Shown here one piece after another: positions 11,604-21,542 of a stretch of DNA of 64,000 bases; positions within the stretch are counted from its first letter, which is position 1; each line of letters opens with the position of its first letter. The DNA lies in contig OZ239628.1 in NCBI GenBank assembly GCA_965195345.1, positions 1,504,001 to 1,568,000 of the forward strand. Direction: 5' to 3'. The notes beneath the pieces are model-generated. The model was not told where the DNA came from, searched no databases, and saw only the letters and a list, made by a program, of their open reading frames with translations. This DNA comes from an uncultured Thiomicrospira sp. GTDB taxonomy: Bacteria; Pseudomonadota; Gammaproteobacteria; CAKMZV01. A program made the translations under genes and the position numbers.

Positions 11604-13145
11604 ATGTCAGACCGAATTATTATTTTTGATACCACGTTGCGCGACGGCGAACAAAGCCCTGGTGCTTCAATGACTTTGGATGAAAAAGTCCGTATAGCCA
11701 AAGCGTTAGAGAAGATGAAAGTGGACGTGATTGAGGCGGGATTTGCAATAGCAAGTGATGGCGATTTTAAAGCCATTCATGCGGTTGCTTCTCAAATAAA
11801 GGATTCAGTTATCTGCTCCTTAGCGCGTGCTAATAAAAAAGATATTGATCGTGCCGCCGAAGCAATTGCACCAGCCCCTCAAAAGCGTATCCATACCTTT
11901 ATAGCAACCTCTCCCATCCATATGCAAATGAAGCTGAACATGTCGCCAGATGCCGTTAAGGATGCAGCGATTTCAGCAGTTAAGCATGCGCGTAATTTCA
12001 CCGATAATGTTGAGTTTTCTCCTGAAGATGCAGGGCGCTCGGAGGTCGATTTTTTATGCCGCATTATTGAGGCTGCAATAACAGCAGGTGCTACCACAAT
12101 TAACATACCCGATACCGTTGGCTATAATGTGCCTGAACAGTTCGGACAACTTATCAATGAATTAATTACGCGCATTCCTAATTCAGACAAAGCTGTTTTT
12201 TCTGCACATTGTCATAATGACTTAGGATTGGCTGTTGCTAACTCATTAGCAGCGGTAGCAAACGGTGCTCGTCAAATCGAATGCACGATCAATGGACTCG
12301 GTGAGCGTGCTGGTAACACTGCATTAGAAGAAGTGGTAATGGCTTTAAAGACACGTGAAGACTTTTACAACTTAGAAGTCAACATTGAAGCGACCCAGAT
12401 GGTCCCTACCAGCAAACTGGTCTCTGGCATTACTGGATTTCCAGTCCAACCTAACAAAGCAATTGTAGGAGCAAATGCTTTTGCTCATGAAGCTGGCATT
12501 CATCAGGCTGGCGTTCTTAAACATAGAGAGACTTACGAAATAATGATGGCTGAGGATGTTGGTTGGAAAACGAATCGTATGGTTTTAGGAAAGCACTCAG
12601 GTCGCAATGCATTAGCAGATAGGCTAAAGAAGTTAAGCATTGAATTAAGCCCTGAAGATTTAAATATTGCCTTTGTTCGATTCAAAGAGTTAGCCGATCG
12701 AAAACATGAAATTTTTGATGATGATTTGCAATCCTTAATCACGGATACCAGCGCTACCAAAACAAATGATCGCGTACAGTTGGTATCATTAAGTGCGAGC
12801 GTTTCGTCTGAACGCTTACCAAAAGCTGAAGCTACTATTATATTTGATAACAAATCAATGACTGCTCAATCCGAAGGAGGTGGTGCTGTTGATGCAACGT
12901 TCAAATGCATTGAGTCAATGATTGATAGTGGTGCACAGTTGCTGTTGTACTCGGTCAACAACGTTACCGATGGCACTGATTCTCAAGGTGAAGTAACTGT
13001 TCGGTTGGAGTTGGGTGGGCGAATCATTAATGGACATGGTTCAGATACCGATATATTAATTGCTTCGGCCAAAGCCTACATAAATGCAGTCAATCATCTA
13101 CTATCGGTAAATGTTAAAGCACATCCTCAAAAGCATACTCTTTAG
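11604..13145 (+). CDS. leuA: 2-isopropylmalate synthase
   Basis: [27 protein letters not shown]-terminal regulatory domain. Confidence 0.97.
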   Translation: MSDRIIIFDTTLRDGEQSPGASMTLDEKVRIAKALEKMKVDVIEAGFAIASDGDFKAIHAVASQIKDSVICSLARANKKDIDRAAEAIAPAPQKRIHTFIATSPIHMQMKLNMSPDAVKDAAISAVKHARNFTDNVEFSPEDAGRSEVDFLCRIIEAAITAGATTINIPDTVGYNVPEQFGQLINELITRIPNSDKAVFSAHCHNDLGLAVANSLAAVANGARQIECTINGLGERAGNTALEEVVMALKTREDFYNLEVNIEATQMVPTSKLVSGITGFPVQPNKAIVGANAFAHEAGIHQAGVLKHRETYEIMMAEDVGWKTNRMVLGKHSGRNALADRLKKLSIELSPEDLNIAFVRFKELADRKHEIFDDDLQSLITDTSATKTNDRVQLVSLSASVSSERLPKAEATIIFDNKSMTAQSEGGGAVDATFKCIESMIDSGAQLLLYSVNNVTDGTDSQGEVTVRLELGGRIINGHGSDTDILIASAKAYINAVNHLLSVNVKAHPQKHTL

Positions 13146-13163
13146 CATCAAACACAAAAGTTA

Positions 13164-13628
13164 ATGAACCTTAGTTCAAGTCAAAAACATTGCCTAAAGA
13201 TACTCGACATTCCACTTTGGAAGGAAAGTGTGGGTGCCAATACCAACACTGATACTAAAACAATCCTGTCAGGAAAAAAGATTAATCCGCACCTTTATTT
13301 AGTTCTCAACAGCGAAGGTCCAGAAAAAATTCTCGCAGGAAAACAGCTTCTTGAAGATGTATTACAATACCTTAATTGTTCTATAGAAGATGTTGGCTGG
13401 TGTCGCGCATCGGAAGATATCAATTTTCCAGAGAATATCTGTTGTCCTATATGGCCTCAGAATGAAAGCACTGCAAAATACTTGAAAGAAACAGGCATCG
13501 CTCACCTTCCTTCGATGGCAAAAATACTAAACCAATGTGCAACAAAAGCAGAATTATTGACCGCCTTATCTAGTGCAAAAAAACAGTCTGAATCCAAACA
13601 AAATAACAATCAAAGAACTCGAGATTGA
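13164..13628 (+). CDS. hypothetical protein; possible divergent DNA Pol III psi (HolD)/degenerate UDG-fold protein
   Basis: N-terminal LKILDIPLW resembles the psi N-terminal peptide; lies directly upstream of rimI. Confidence 0.55.
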   Translation: MNLSSSQKHCLKILDIPLWKESVGANTNTDTKTILSGKKINPHLYLVLNSEGPEKILAGKQLLEDVLQYLNCSIEDVGWCRASEDINFPENICCPIWPQNESTAKYLKETGIAHLPSMAKILNQCATKAELLTALSSAKKQSESKQNNNQRTRD

Positions 13629-14055
13629 AGACATTCCTGCAATTTTAGATATTGAAGGAAAGTGCCAAGAAACTCCGTGGAACATGAAGCATTTTTCAGA
13701 TTGCATAGATGCTGGTTACATCAATAGTGGACTGTTCATAGAGAGTACATTAGTTGGCTATATGATTCTATCTGTGATATTTGAACAAGCCCAAATCCTT
13801 AATTTTTGTATTGATCCAAGTCATCAAAAAAGCGGTTGGGGAAGTTATCTAATGCAAAAAAACATAGAGATTCTAAAAGAGAAAAGTGTGCTTAAAGTTT
13901 TCCTCGAAGTGAGAGAAGGAAATCATAATGCTCGAAAATTCTATAAGCGTTTTTCATTCGTTAACATCGGCACGAGAAAAAAGTATTATTCCAAAGCAAT
14001 CTCCAAAGACAAAAACGATAGAGAAGATGCCGTGGTCGTGATGCGACTGTTGTGA
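13573..14055 (+). CDS. rimI: ribosomal-protein-alanine N-acetyltransferase
   Basis: GNAT: QKSGWG, FLEVREGNHNARKFY, RKKYY..EDA; exact start uncertain. Confidence 0.92.
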   Translation: MQKNSLNPNKITIKELEIEDIPAILDIEGKCQETPWNMKHFSDCIDAGYINSGLFIESTLVGYMILSVIFEQAQILNFCIDPSHQKSGWGSYLMQKNIEILKEKSVLKVFLEVREGNHNARKFYKRFSFVNIGTRKKYYSKAISKDKNDREDAVVVMRLL

Positions 14056-14063
14056 TAGTACCT

Positions 14064-14091
14064 GCGACGACTGCTGTTATGGCATGGTCGC
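14064..14091. terminator. GC-rich hairpin between convergent rimI and degP
   Basis: GCGAC..GTCGC outer stem with TGC/GCA inner stem; no clear U-tract. Confidence 0.35.
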
Positions 14092-14117
14092 CATTCCTCA
14101 ACTGTTTTCAATAATAA

Positions 14118-15596
14118 TTAATTAATGATAACAAGAGTTGTGTAAAGCATTTGCCCTTGCCTCCACAATAACAAAGGAACACGTACATTTTTCGGCAACT
14201 CATTGGCTATTTTTCGAAGTTGAGCAATATTTGTCAATTTGTTTCTTCCGATGCGAAGCAAAATATCACCTCGCTTTACATCAGCAAAATCTGCGACGCT
14301 ATTGGATGCGATTCTTTCAACAAATAGACCATTATTCAATTCCTTTTTAATCTCATCTGGTAATTCACTGACCTCAATACCAAGTATTTGAATCATTCCA
14401 ATATTTGGTTTTTTGATATTTTCTTTGGCTGTTTGACCATCCCTCATTTTCTCCTCTGGCAAGACGGCAATTTCCACATATAATGTCAGCTCTTTCTCAT
14501 TTCGAAGAACTTTTATTGGCACTTGAGAACCTACTTTTGTCAGGCCAACCATCGGAGGTAAATCATAAGACTTATCAATCTTCATACCATTAAATTCTAT
14601 AATTACATCGCCTATTTCAATATCACTTCTAGAGGCTGGGCTACCTGGAACAATGTCTGAAACAAGCGCACCTTGTGGTTTTTTTAAATTAAAGCTTTGA
14701 GCAAGTTCAGAAGTCACCGCCTGTATTTGGACTCCAAGGAATCCTCGTGTTACTTTGCCATTTTTACGCAACTGGTCTACAACATTGGTAACCAAATCAG
14801 CAGGAATGGCAAAAGACAATCCCATAAAGCCACCGTTGCGGCTATATATTTGTGAATTTACTCCTATCACCTCGCCTGCTAAGTTGAACAAAGGTCCGCC
14901 AGAGTTGCCTGGATTAATTGCCGCATCAGTTTGTATAAAAGGCACATACAAATCATTTGTCAAACTTCTCCTCTTGGCACTCACAATGCCTTTTGTCACA
15001 GAATAATCAAATCCAAAAGGCGAGCCAATGGCAATCACCCATTCCCCTACTTTAACTTCCGGAGATTTTCCAAACTTCACTTTAGGCAAATCTTCAGCAT
15101 TCACTTTAATAAGAGCAATATCTGTGCGTTTATCGCTGCCCATCACCTCCGCTTTTAGCTCTCGCAGATCGCTTAGTCGCACAAAAATTTCATCTGCCCC
15201 TTCAATTACATGATGGTTAGTGACAATATACCCATCTTTTGATATGACGAACCCTGAACCCAAAGAATGCAACAATGACCCATTGGGTTTACTTTCCTGC
15301 TCATCCTCGTCTTTCTTGGGCGAGTTCTCCCATGGTGAATCGGGCAGGCTATAGAAAAAATCCAACCAATCTTCTGGCATACCTCGAAGATTTGGAGGAA
15401 TACGTCGGCTCTTAGTGTTTTGGAATTTACGTGTGCTGATATTCACTACAGTAGCACTGTTTTTTTCAACTAACTCAGTAAAGTCAGGTAGTTGAGCGTT
15501 TACCGACGTTATTGCAAAAAAACTCAAAACTAACACACTAAATTTCACGTTGATTCGCGCAATGAATGATGCATTCATTTTAAAAATTGTGTACAT
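14118..15596 (-). CDS. degP: DegP/MucD periplasmic serine protease with two PDZ domains
   Basis: GSGFVIS, TNHHV, IQTDAAINPGNSGG, signal peptide; follows rseC (mucC-mucD order). Confidence 0.93.
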   Translation of the reverse strand: MYTIFKMNASFIARINVKFSVLVLSFFAITSVNAQLPDFTELVEKNSATVVNISTRKFQNTKSRRIPPNLRGMPEDWLDFFYSLPDSPWENSPKKDEDEQESKPNGSLLHSLGSGFVISKDGYIVTNHHVIEGADEIFVRLSDLRELKAEVMGSDKRTDIALIKVNAEDLPKVKFGKSPEVKVGEWVIAIGSPFGFDYSVTKGIVSAKRRSLTNDLYVPFIQTDAAINPGNSGGPLFNLAGEVIGVNSQIYSRNGGFMGLSFAIPADLVTNVVDQLRKNGKVTRGFLGVQIQAVTSELAQSFNLKKPQGALVSDIVPGSPASRSDIEIGDVIIEFNGMKIDKSYDLPPMVGLTKVGSQVPIKVLRNEKELTLYVEIAVLPEEKMRDGQTAKENIKKPNIGMIQILGIEVSELPDEIKKELNNGLFVERIASNSVADFADVKRGDILLRIGRNKLTNIAQLRKIANELPKNVRVPLLLWRQGQMLYTTLVIIN

Positions 15597-15605
15597 GAAC
15601 TATCC

Positions 15606-16034
15606 TCATTTTCTATATGAAATTAAAATGTTTTCTTCGTTAAGGCTGTCTTTATTTGAACGCATGGAATATAAAATACCCGCCATCAACCCAACAATGC
15701 CTAAAATAAAAGCAAAGAGCTCATTGCTTAATAGCCAATCCCCAAGAAATATTCCTGCGATAAAAGTAAATAACGGCAACAGGTACATTTCAATTGTATT
15801 TTTGACAAATAAATGAGCAGGGTAATGAATTTCTACCTGTTCCCCTTCTTTGAAAACTTTATCCGTTTTTATCCAAATAGGCTGTCTAAGCTTTTCAAGT
15901 TTCTTCCATGTCAATAAACCACAGCGTCCATTACAACCAGGGCACGGTTTTTCCTGCTCAAGCGTAAATAGAACTTTATTCTCCCCTTTTTCTTTAATTC
16001 TCCCACAAGCTGTAAGTCTTTCAATCATTGTCAA
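15606..16034 (-). CDS. rseC: RseC/MucC family protein
   Basis: CPGCNGRCG cysteine cluster, YLLPL, two TM helices; upstream of degP. Confidence 0.85.
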   Translation of the reverse strand: MTMIERLTACGRIKEKGENKVLFTLEQEKPCPGCNGRCGLLTWKKLEKLRQPIWIKTDKVFKEGEQVEIHYPAHLFVKNTIEMYLLPLFTFIAGIFLGDWLLSNELFAFILGIVGLMAGILYSMRSNKDSLNEENILISYRK

Positions 16035-16885
16035 TTAATACTGATATTGTCAATTAAACGTGTTTTACCCAAATATGCAGCGGCAAAAAGACGAACCGGA
16101 CTACTTAAATTCGTTACTTTTTCTAATTGATCAGCCGTTCGAATCTCAAAGTAGTCAATAACAAAACCTTCGCTTTTTAAAACTTCGCAGGCATTGTTTA
16201 GCAGACTTTCTATACTCCCACCTGCTGATACTTCTCCTGCTGTTCGTTGCATTTGGGCGTGCAATAACGGTGCTTTTGCACGCTCTTGTTCACTTAGATA
16301 CATGTTTCTGGAGCTCATTGCCAATCCATCAGCCTCTCGAACAGTTGGCGCTCCAATAACTTTGATGGGCAAGTTAAAATCTTTTACCATATGCTTTATA
16401 ACCAACAATTGCTGATAATCTTTTTCTCCAAAAAAAGCAATTTTTGCTGGAACTGCACTAAACAACTTCATAATCACCGTGGCTACACCGCCAAAAAAAT
16501 GCGGTCTTAATGTCGCACACAATCCTTGAACTAATTTATTTCTTGGAACAATTGAAGTAACGCCTTCTATGCCATTTGGATGCATCATTTGGTTGGTTGG
16601 TAAAAATACCGCATCGCAATCTATTGAGCTTAATTTCTCAAGATCTGAAGCCAACGTTCTGGGGTATAGACCAAAATCTTCATTAGGCGAAAACTGTAGC
16701 GGATTAATGTAAATGCTAACAATGGTGCGATCAGCTTGAGACTTGGCCGCTTGAACAAGGCTTAAATGTCCATCATGCAGGTTTCCCATAGTAGGGATAA
16801 AAGCAACCAAGTCCGAACGATTCTGGCAATCGTTTAGATACTTTTGTGTTTGATCAATAGATGTTAGTTGAATCAAGGAAGTCAT
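16031..16885 (-). CDS. panC: pantoate--beta-alanine ligase
   Basis: PTMGNLHDGH, FGEKDYQQ, GLAMSSRN, TRLIDN. Confidence 0.97.
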   Translation of the reverse strand: MTSLIQLTSIDQTQKYLNDCQNRSDLVAFIPTMGNLHDGHLSLVQAAKSQADRTIVSIYINPLQFSPNEDFGLYPRTLASDLEKLSSIDCDAVFLPTNQMMHPNGIEGVTSIVPRNKLVQGLCATLRPHFFGGVATVIMKLFSAVPAKIAFFGEKDYQQLLVIKHMVKDFNLPIKVIGAPTVREADGLAMSSRNMYLSEQERAKAPLLHAQMQRTAGEVSAGGSIESLLNNACEVLKSEGFVIDYFEIRTADQLEKVTNLSSPVRLFAAAYLGKTRLIDNISIN

Positions 16886-16896
16886 TTTAAGCCCTT

Positions 16897-17682
16897 TTAA
16901 ATCTTTGGGAATTTTCTCGTGCTAACCGACTCAACATAATTACAAAACGCCTGTTGTATGCTCCCACTGTCTTGAAGAAAATCATAGGCAAAAGTGGGAA
17001 TATAATTTGAAATTCCTAACACATCATAGCAGACTAACACTTGCCCATGGCAATCAGCACCCGCTCCTATTCCTATCACTATTCCGTTTTGCTCCCCCCA
17101 ACTCTTGCTTATCTTAGCCGCTAATGCATCAGGCACACACTCAAGCACCAACATTTGTGCACCTGCTTTGCGTAAAGAAAGCGCTTGTTCAAAGATTTCT
17201 TGTGCCTCTTCTTCTGCTTTACCTGCCACAGCATAGCCACCTTTTAAGCGAACTTTCTGAGGCAATAGACCTAAATGCGCACATACAGGCACTGAAGATT
17301 GTACTAATTTCTCAATGAGGTCAACAGTATGTTCATCACCCCCTTCAATCTTCACCATATCTGCTTTTCCCAACTGTATAAGTTTTTGAGCAGCATCCAA
17401 AGCACGTTCCATGGTCGCTGTTGACATAAATGGCATATCAGCAATTAAAAAACTGTTACGCGCCCCTCTACGTACGTTGGCGCTATGGTAAATAATATCT
17501 TCTATCCGTACTGTTAGAGTATCTTGTCTGCCTTGTACAACCATGCCCAATGAATCGCCTACCAAAATAGCATCTACTCCTGCTTTTTCTTCCATTGCAG
17601 CTATAGAGGAGTCGTAAGCTGTTAGTACAGCTATCGGCTTCTTTTCGCGCACTTTATTGAGTAAATTACTTATAGTGTTCAT
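16897..17682 (-). CDS. panB: 3-methyl-2-oxobutanoate hydroxymethyltransferase
   Basis: LTAYD, LVGDSLG, ADMPF, VKIEGG, IGIGAG. Confidence 0.97.
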   Translation of the reverse strand: MNTISNLLNKVREKKPIAVLTAYDSSIAAMEEKAGVDAILVGDSLGMVVQGRQDTLTVRIEDIIYHSANVRRGARNSFLIADMPFMSTATMERALDAAQKLIQLGKADMVKIEGGDEHTVDLIEKLVQSSVPVCAHLGLLPQKVRLKGGYAVAGKAEEEAQEIFEQALSLRKAGAQMLVLECVPDALAAKISKSWGEQNGIVIGIGAGADCHGQVLVCYDVLGISNYIPTFAYDFLQDSGSIQQAFCNYVESVSTRKFPKI

Positions 17683-17685
17683 TGA

Positions 17686-18159
17686 TTAAATTATATGAGG
17701 GGTGCACTGAGTCAACCAGTGCTTCAAGTTGTAATTATCAACTTCATAGCTCTCGCCTACTAATTCTATCATTGGTCGAACCACAAAATCACGTTCTAAA
17801 GCATGTGGATGAGGCAGGGTTAATCGTTTTGAATGCAAGCATAGATTGGAATAAAACAGCAAATCTGCATCCAATATACGCTCCCCCCATCGACGCCTTC
17901 TTACACGTTTATGCTTGCGCTCAAGCCATTGTAGCAAATCAAGAATCAAATGAGGACTTAACACAGACTGAAAGGCAACGACTGCGTTACAAAAATCTGG
18001 CTGGTCTTGTGGTCCAAGGGGTTTTGAAAAATAAAGTTTTGAGGCCTTGAAATTATGGATTGAAGCATGCGCATCTAATAAACGCATTGCTGATCCAATC
18101 TGTTCAGGCGGATTGCTCAAGTTACTGCCCAAGCCAACAAAGATAGTATTCAACCGCAT
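17686..18159 (-). CDS. folK: 6-hydroxymethyl-7,8-dihydropterin pyrophosphokinase
   Basis: GLGSNL, RWGERILDADLL, LPHP; pcnB-folK-panB-panC order. Confidence 0.95.
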   Translation of the reverse strand: MRLNTIFVGLGSNLSNPPEQIGSAMRLLDAHASIHNFKASKLYFSKPLGPQDQPDFCNAVVAFQSVLSPHLILDLLQWLERKHKRVRRRRWGERILDADLLFYSNLCLHSKRLTLPHPHALERDFVVRPMIELVGESYEVDNYNLKHWLTQCTPHII

Positions 18160-18162
18160 ACG

Positions 18163-19449
18163 CTATACTAACAATGAAACAATAACAGGAGTGCCCAAAT
18201 TTTCTGGAAGCTCTAATTCGCACTCTTTCCTATTCTCTTGAAACTTCTCCCACCATTGCACAACACCTGTTAAATCAGAATCAACCTGTGATCGCATGTA
18301 TAAAAAATCATATGCTGCACGGAAATTTTTTGTGCGACTTAGGCTTCTTATGCTCTTGTGCTTAAAACGTGTGAAGCGTAATTGCGCAAACCACATATCT
18401 TGTATAACTATAATATAGCGTCTTGGAATTCGCATTCTTTGATTTTGTGCCATCAACACTTCGGAAGATGCTTTTTGCATTTTTAACGTCGCATTTCTTC
18501 CAGCCAGTTTGTTGAATTCACGCACGACCAAAGGCCACAAAAACACGGCTAAAATAAATGCTGGATTTAAAAATTTCCCTTCTGATACACGGTTATCGGA
18601 ATTAGTCAGTGCAATATTTACCAAGTCACTCATCGCTTGATTTCTCTCTGTCGCCTCTTGCACTTGAGGCAAAAAATAATCTAACAAGCGATACTTTGTG
18701 AGTTTTTCATAGCTCTTAACTGCGTGTCCTTTTTGAAAAAGCTTTAGTGATTCGTCAAATAACCTTGCGGGCGGTAAGTCGTTTATTAACTGCTTATGCA
18801 GGCTCATTTCATGCAGCAAAGCTTTATCCATTTCTACTGCAAGTTTTGCTTCAAATCTTACTGCCCTTAATAGGCGCATAGGATCCTCAATGACGCGTTC
18901 TGCAACCTCACCAATCAAACGCAGTTGATTGTTTGCTAAGTCTTCCAACCCCCCAGAATAATCAATGATAGTATTGTTATTGTTGTCATAATACAACGCA
19001 TTCACTGAAAAATCCCTACGCCAAACATCGTGAACCAATTCAGTGCCAAAGATATTGTCACTTTGAATTTTTCCTTTATGATCAATGATTCGCTCGCTCT
19101 CAATATCTGTGATGCCTTCTTGGTGACTGTCAGCGCGCAAAGTGGAAACCTCTATTACCCCATCAGACGTATAAATATGAACCAATCTAAAACGCTTTCC
19201 AATGATGATGGCTTTTCGACGGAAAATTTGTTTAATTTGATTAGGTGTCCCTGAGGTGACAATATCATAGTCCTTGGGATCTGCTCCAAGCACCAAATCA
19301 CGCAAACAACCTCCCACCAGCCATGCTGAAAAGCCAGCAGACTCTATTCTATCCAATGTTTTAATGACTGATTTTGGGAAAACAGATGGTTTTATACCAA
19401 ATTTTGAAGCATCAATGATTTGAGACGATTTTGTTTTTTTTGAACTCAT
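18163..19449 (-). CDS. pcnB: poly(A) polymerase I
   Basis: VGGCLRD..KDYD, IGKRFRLVH PAP-specific motif, RRDFSVNALYY, FRAAYDFL. Confidence 0.95.
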   Translation of the reverse strand: MSSKKTKSSQIIDASKFGIKPSVFPKSVIKTLDRIESAGFSAWLVGGCLRDLVLGADPKDYDIVTSGTPNQIKQIFRRKAIIIGKRFRLVHIYTSDGVIEVSTLRADSHQEGITDIESERIIDHKGKIQSDNIFGTELVHDVWRRDFSVNALYYDNNNNTIIDYSGGLEDLANNQLRLIGEVAERVIEDPMRLLRAVRFEAKLAVEMDKALLHEMSLHKQLINDLPPARLFDESLKLFQKGHAVKSYEKLTKYRLLDYFLPQVQEATERNQAMSDLVNIALTNSDNRVSEGKFLNPAFILAVFLWPLVVREFNKLAGRNATLKMQKASSEVLMAQNQRMRIPRRYIIVIQDMWFAQLRFTRFKHKSIRSLSRTKNFRAAYDFLYMRSQVDSDLTGVVQWWEKFQENRKECELELPENLGTPVIVSLLV

Positions 19450-19478
19450 TGCTTTATAGATTTAATAATAAATGAGGT

Positions 19479-19629
19479 TATAATCTCACTCATGCTTATT
19501 ACATTCCTCAAGCCTCTATTTTAAGAATAGAGACTGACCAATCAGATAAGAGGTACTACCTCTAAACTGATCTAAACTGAAATGAGATAATCAATCCAAC
19601 TGAATGGGGCTGTATTTTACCCTCTTTTT
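19479..19629 (+). promoter_or_regulatory. TATAAT box followed by a hairpin-rich leader with a terminator-like end, upstream of fis
   Basis: TATAAT 19479-84; inverted repeats at 19514-19532 and 19541-19571; GGGG..CCCTC-TTTTT at 19606-19629. Confidence 0.4.
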
Positions 19630-19651
19630 ACTGACTAATCACAGCAATAAG

Positions 19652-19933
19652 ATGCCGCAAAAAAAAAGTTATCCACCAACTAATTTAAATGACATAGCGA
19701 CGTTGACGGAACAATGCGTTTCAACCTTCCTCAATAGCTCTGAACTAGAAAATACTTGCCCAAACAAACTATACAATATGGTTTTGCATCCTTTGGAATT
19801 AGCCGTTATTCGTTCTGTACTTACCCACACTAAAGGTAACCAGATAGCTTCTGCTAATATTCTTGGTATAAATAGAGATACCCTTCGAGCAAAAATGAAA
19901 AAACATATGCTAAATAAAGAGAGTTTTCATTGA
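19652..19933 (+). CDS. fis: Fis family DNA-binding protein
   Basis: LYNMVL..GNQIASANILGINRDTLRAKMKK HTH; directly upstream of purH; ATG 19652 preferred over 19604. Confidence 0.85.
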   Translation: MPQKKSYPPTNLNDIATLTEQCVSTFLNSSELENTCPNKLYNMVLHPLELAVIRSVLTHTKGNQIASANILGINRDTLRAKMKKHMLNKESFH

Positions 19934-21468
19934 CCCCTATTATTAAACGCGCACTAATTAGCGTTGCCGACAAAACCAATCTTGAAAGCCTTGCAACTGC
20001 TCTGGTTAAAAATAATGTGGAGATTGTTTCAACGGGCGGCAGTGCTGCATTTATCAAAAATTTAGGCCTCCCTGTCACTAATGTGAGTGACTATACTGGG
20101 TTTCCTGAAATAATGGATGGACGAGTAAAAACTTTACATCCGAAAATCCATGCCGCCATACTATCTCGTAACGGGATAGACGAGAGCGTATTAGATGAAC
20201 ATGACATCAAACTTATCGATTTAGTCATCGTTAATCTCTACCCGTTTCAAGAGACCATTGCTAAAGAAAACTGCACGTACCAAGATGCTGTAGAGAATAT
20301 TGATGTTGGGGGTCCTTGCATGATTCGAAGTGCCGCTAAAAATCATAGTCGAGTAAGCGTCGTAGTTTCTCCTGATGATTACTCTGAAGTTATAAATGCC
20401 CTTCCAAACGGTTTTGACTACTCTACAAGAAAACAGCTGGCAGCGAAAGCATTCCATCATACCGCTCATTATGATACACATATTGCCACTTATTTTGATG
20501 ATGAGCATGATACTTTCCCTAGTGCACTTTCTATAACGGCACCGCTTGAGCAAAAATTACGTTACGGCGAAAACCCTCACCAAATGGCCGCGCTCTATAA
20601 ACAGAAAAAATTAGACGAAGCAACCGTGGTACATGCTAAACAGCACCAAGGTAAAAAACTTTCATTCAATAACTTAGTAGATGCTGATGCAGCGCTTACT
20701 TGCGCTAAATCTTTTTCTGAACCTGTTTGCGTCATCGTGAAGCACGCCAATCCATGTGGAGTTGCTCAGTCTAACGACATAGAAAGCGCGTATGAAAAAG
20801 CATATTCGACTGATCCTACTTCCGCCTTTGGAGGCGTTATTGCTTTTAATCGCAATGTTGACGCTTCTTTGGCACAAACCATAATAGATCGCCAATTTGC
20901 TGAAGTCGTTATTGCCCCACATTTCGATAGCGAAGCACTTTCTGTCTTTAGCAACAAGGATAACATTCGAATTCTTGAATGCACAGGGACTTTCAACAAT
21001 CTGTCAACGACCATGCAAGTTACCCAAATAAGCGGTGGATTACTTCTTCAAGAATCGGATTCACTCGACTTTAATACTTGGCAAGTCGTCACAAAAACCA
21101 CTCCCTGTGAACAAACTCAAAAGGATTTACATTTTGCTTGGAAAGTTGCAAAATCAGTGAAATCAAACGCTATAGTTTATGCTCAAGGCGAACAAACCAT
21201 AGGCATTGGAGCAGGTCAAATGAGTCGTGTTTATTCAGCTCGTATTGCTCTCATAAAGGCACAAGAAGAAGGACTAAGCGTATCAGGGTCTGTGATGGCT
21301 TCAGATGCTTTTTTCCCTTTCAGTGATGCTATTGAAGCCGCGCATAATGCTGGGATTCGTAGTGTTATTCAACCTGGGGGTTCTATTCGTGATAATGAAA
21401 TTATTGCAACAGCAAATAAATACGACATTTCCATGGTGTTTACTAGCATGCGTCATTTCAAGCACTAA
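19930..21468 (+). CDS. purH: bifunctional AICAR transformylase/IMP cyclohydrolase
   Basis: RALISVADK, GRVKTLHP, LRYGENPHQ, ASDAFFPF, RHFKH end. Confidence 0.98.
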   Translation: MTPIIKRALISVADKTNLESLATALVKNNVEIVSTGGSAAFIKNLGLPVTNVSDYTGFPEIMDGRVKTLHPKIHAAILSRNGIDESVLDEHDIKLIDLVIVNLYPFQETIAKENCTYQDAVENIDVGGPCMIRSAAKNHSRVSVVVSPDDYSEVINALPNGFDYSTRKQLAAKAFHHTAHYDTHIATYFDDEHDTFPSALSITAPLEQKLRYGENPHQMAALYKQKKLDEATVVHAKQHQGKKLSFNNLVDADAALTCAKSFSEPVCVIVKHANPCGVAQSNDIESAYEKAYSTDPTSAFGGVIAFNRNVDASLAQTIIDRQFAEVVIAPHFDSEALSVFSNKDNIRILECTGTFNNLSTTMQVTQISGGLLLQESDSLDFNTWQVVTKTTPCEQTQKDLHFAWKVAKSVKSNAIVYAQGEQTIGIGAGQMSRVYSARIALIKAQEEGLSVSGSVMASDAFFPFSDAIEAAHNAGIRSVIQPGGSIRDNEIIATANKYDISMVFTSMRHFKH

Positions 21469-21542
21469 CATCCACTGCATCAACCCCATCAATCAACTTC
21501 ACGGTTCAATGTGCATCTAAGTAACATTTTTAAATCAAGTAT

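Noticed and set aside
19500-19630. ZMP/ZTP riboswitch upstream of fis-purH
   Set aside because: The conserved GACUGGCG and 3' CGCCUGGG elements are absent. Kept only as an unclassified structured leader.
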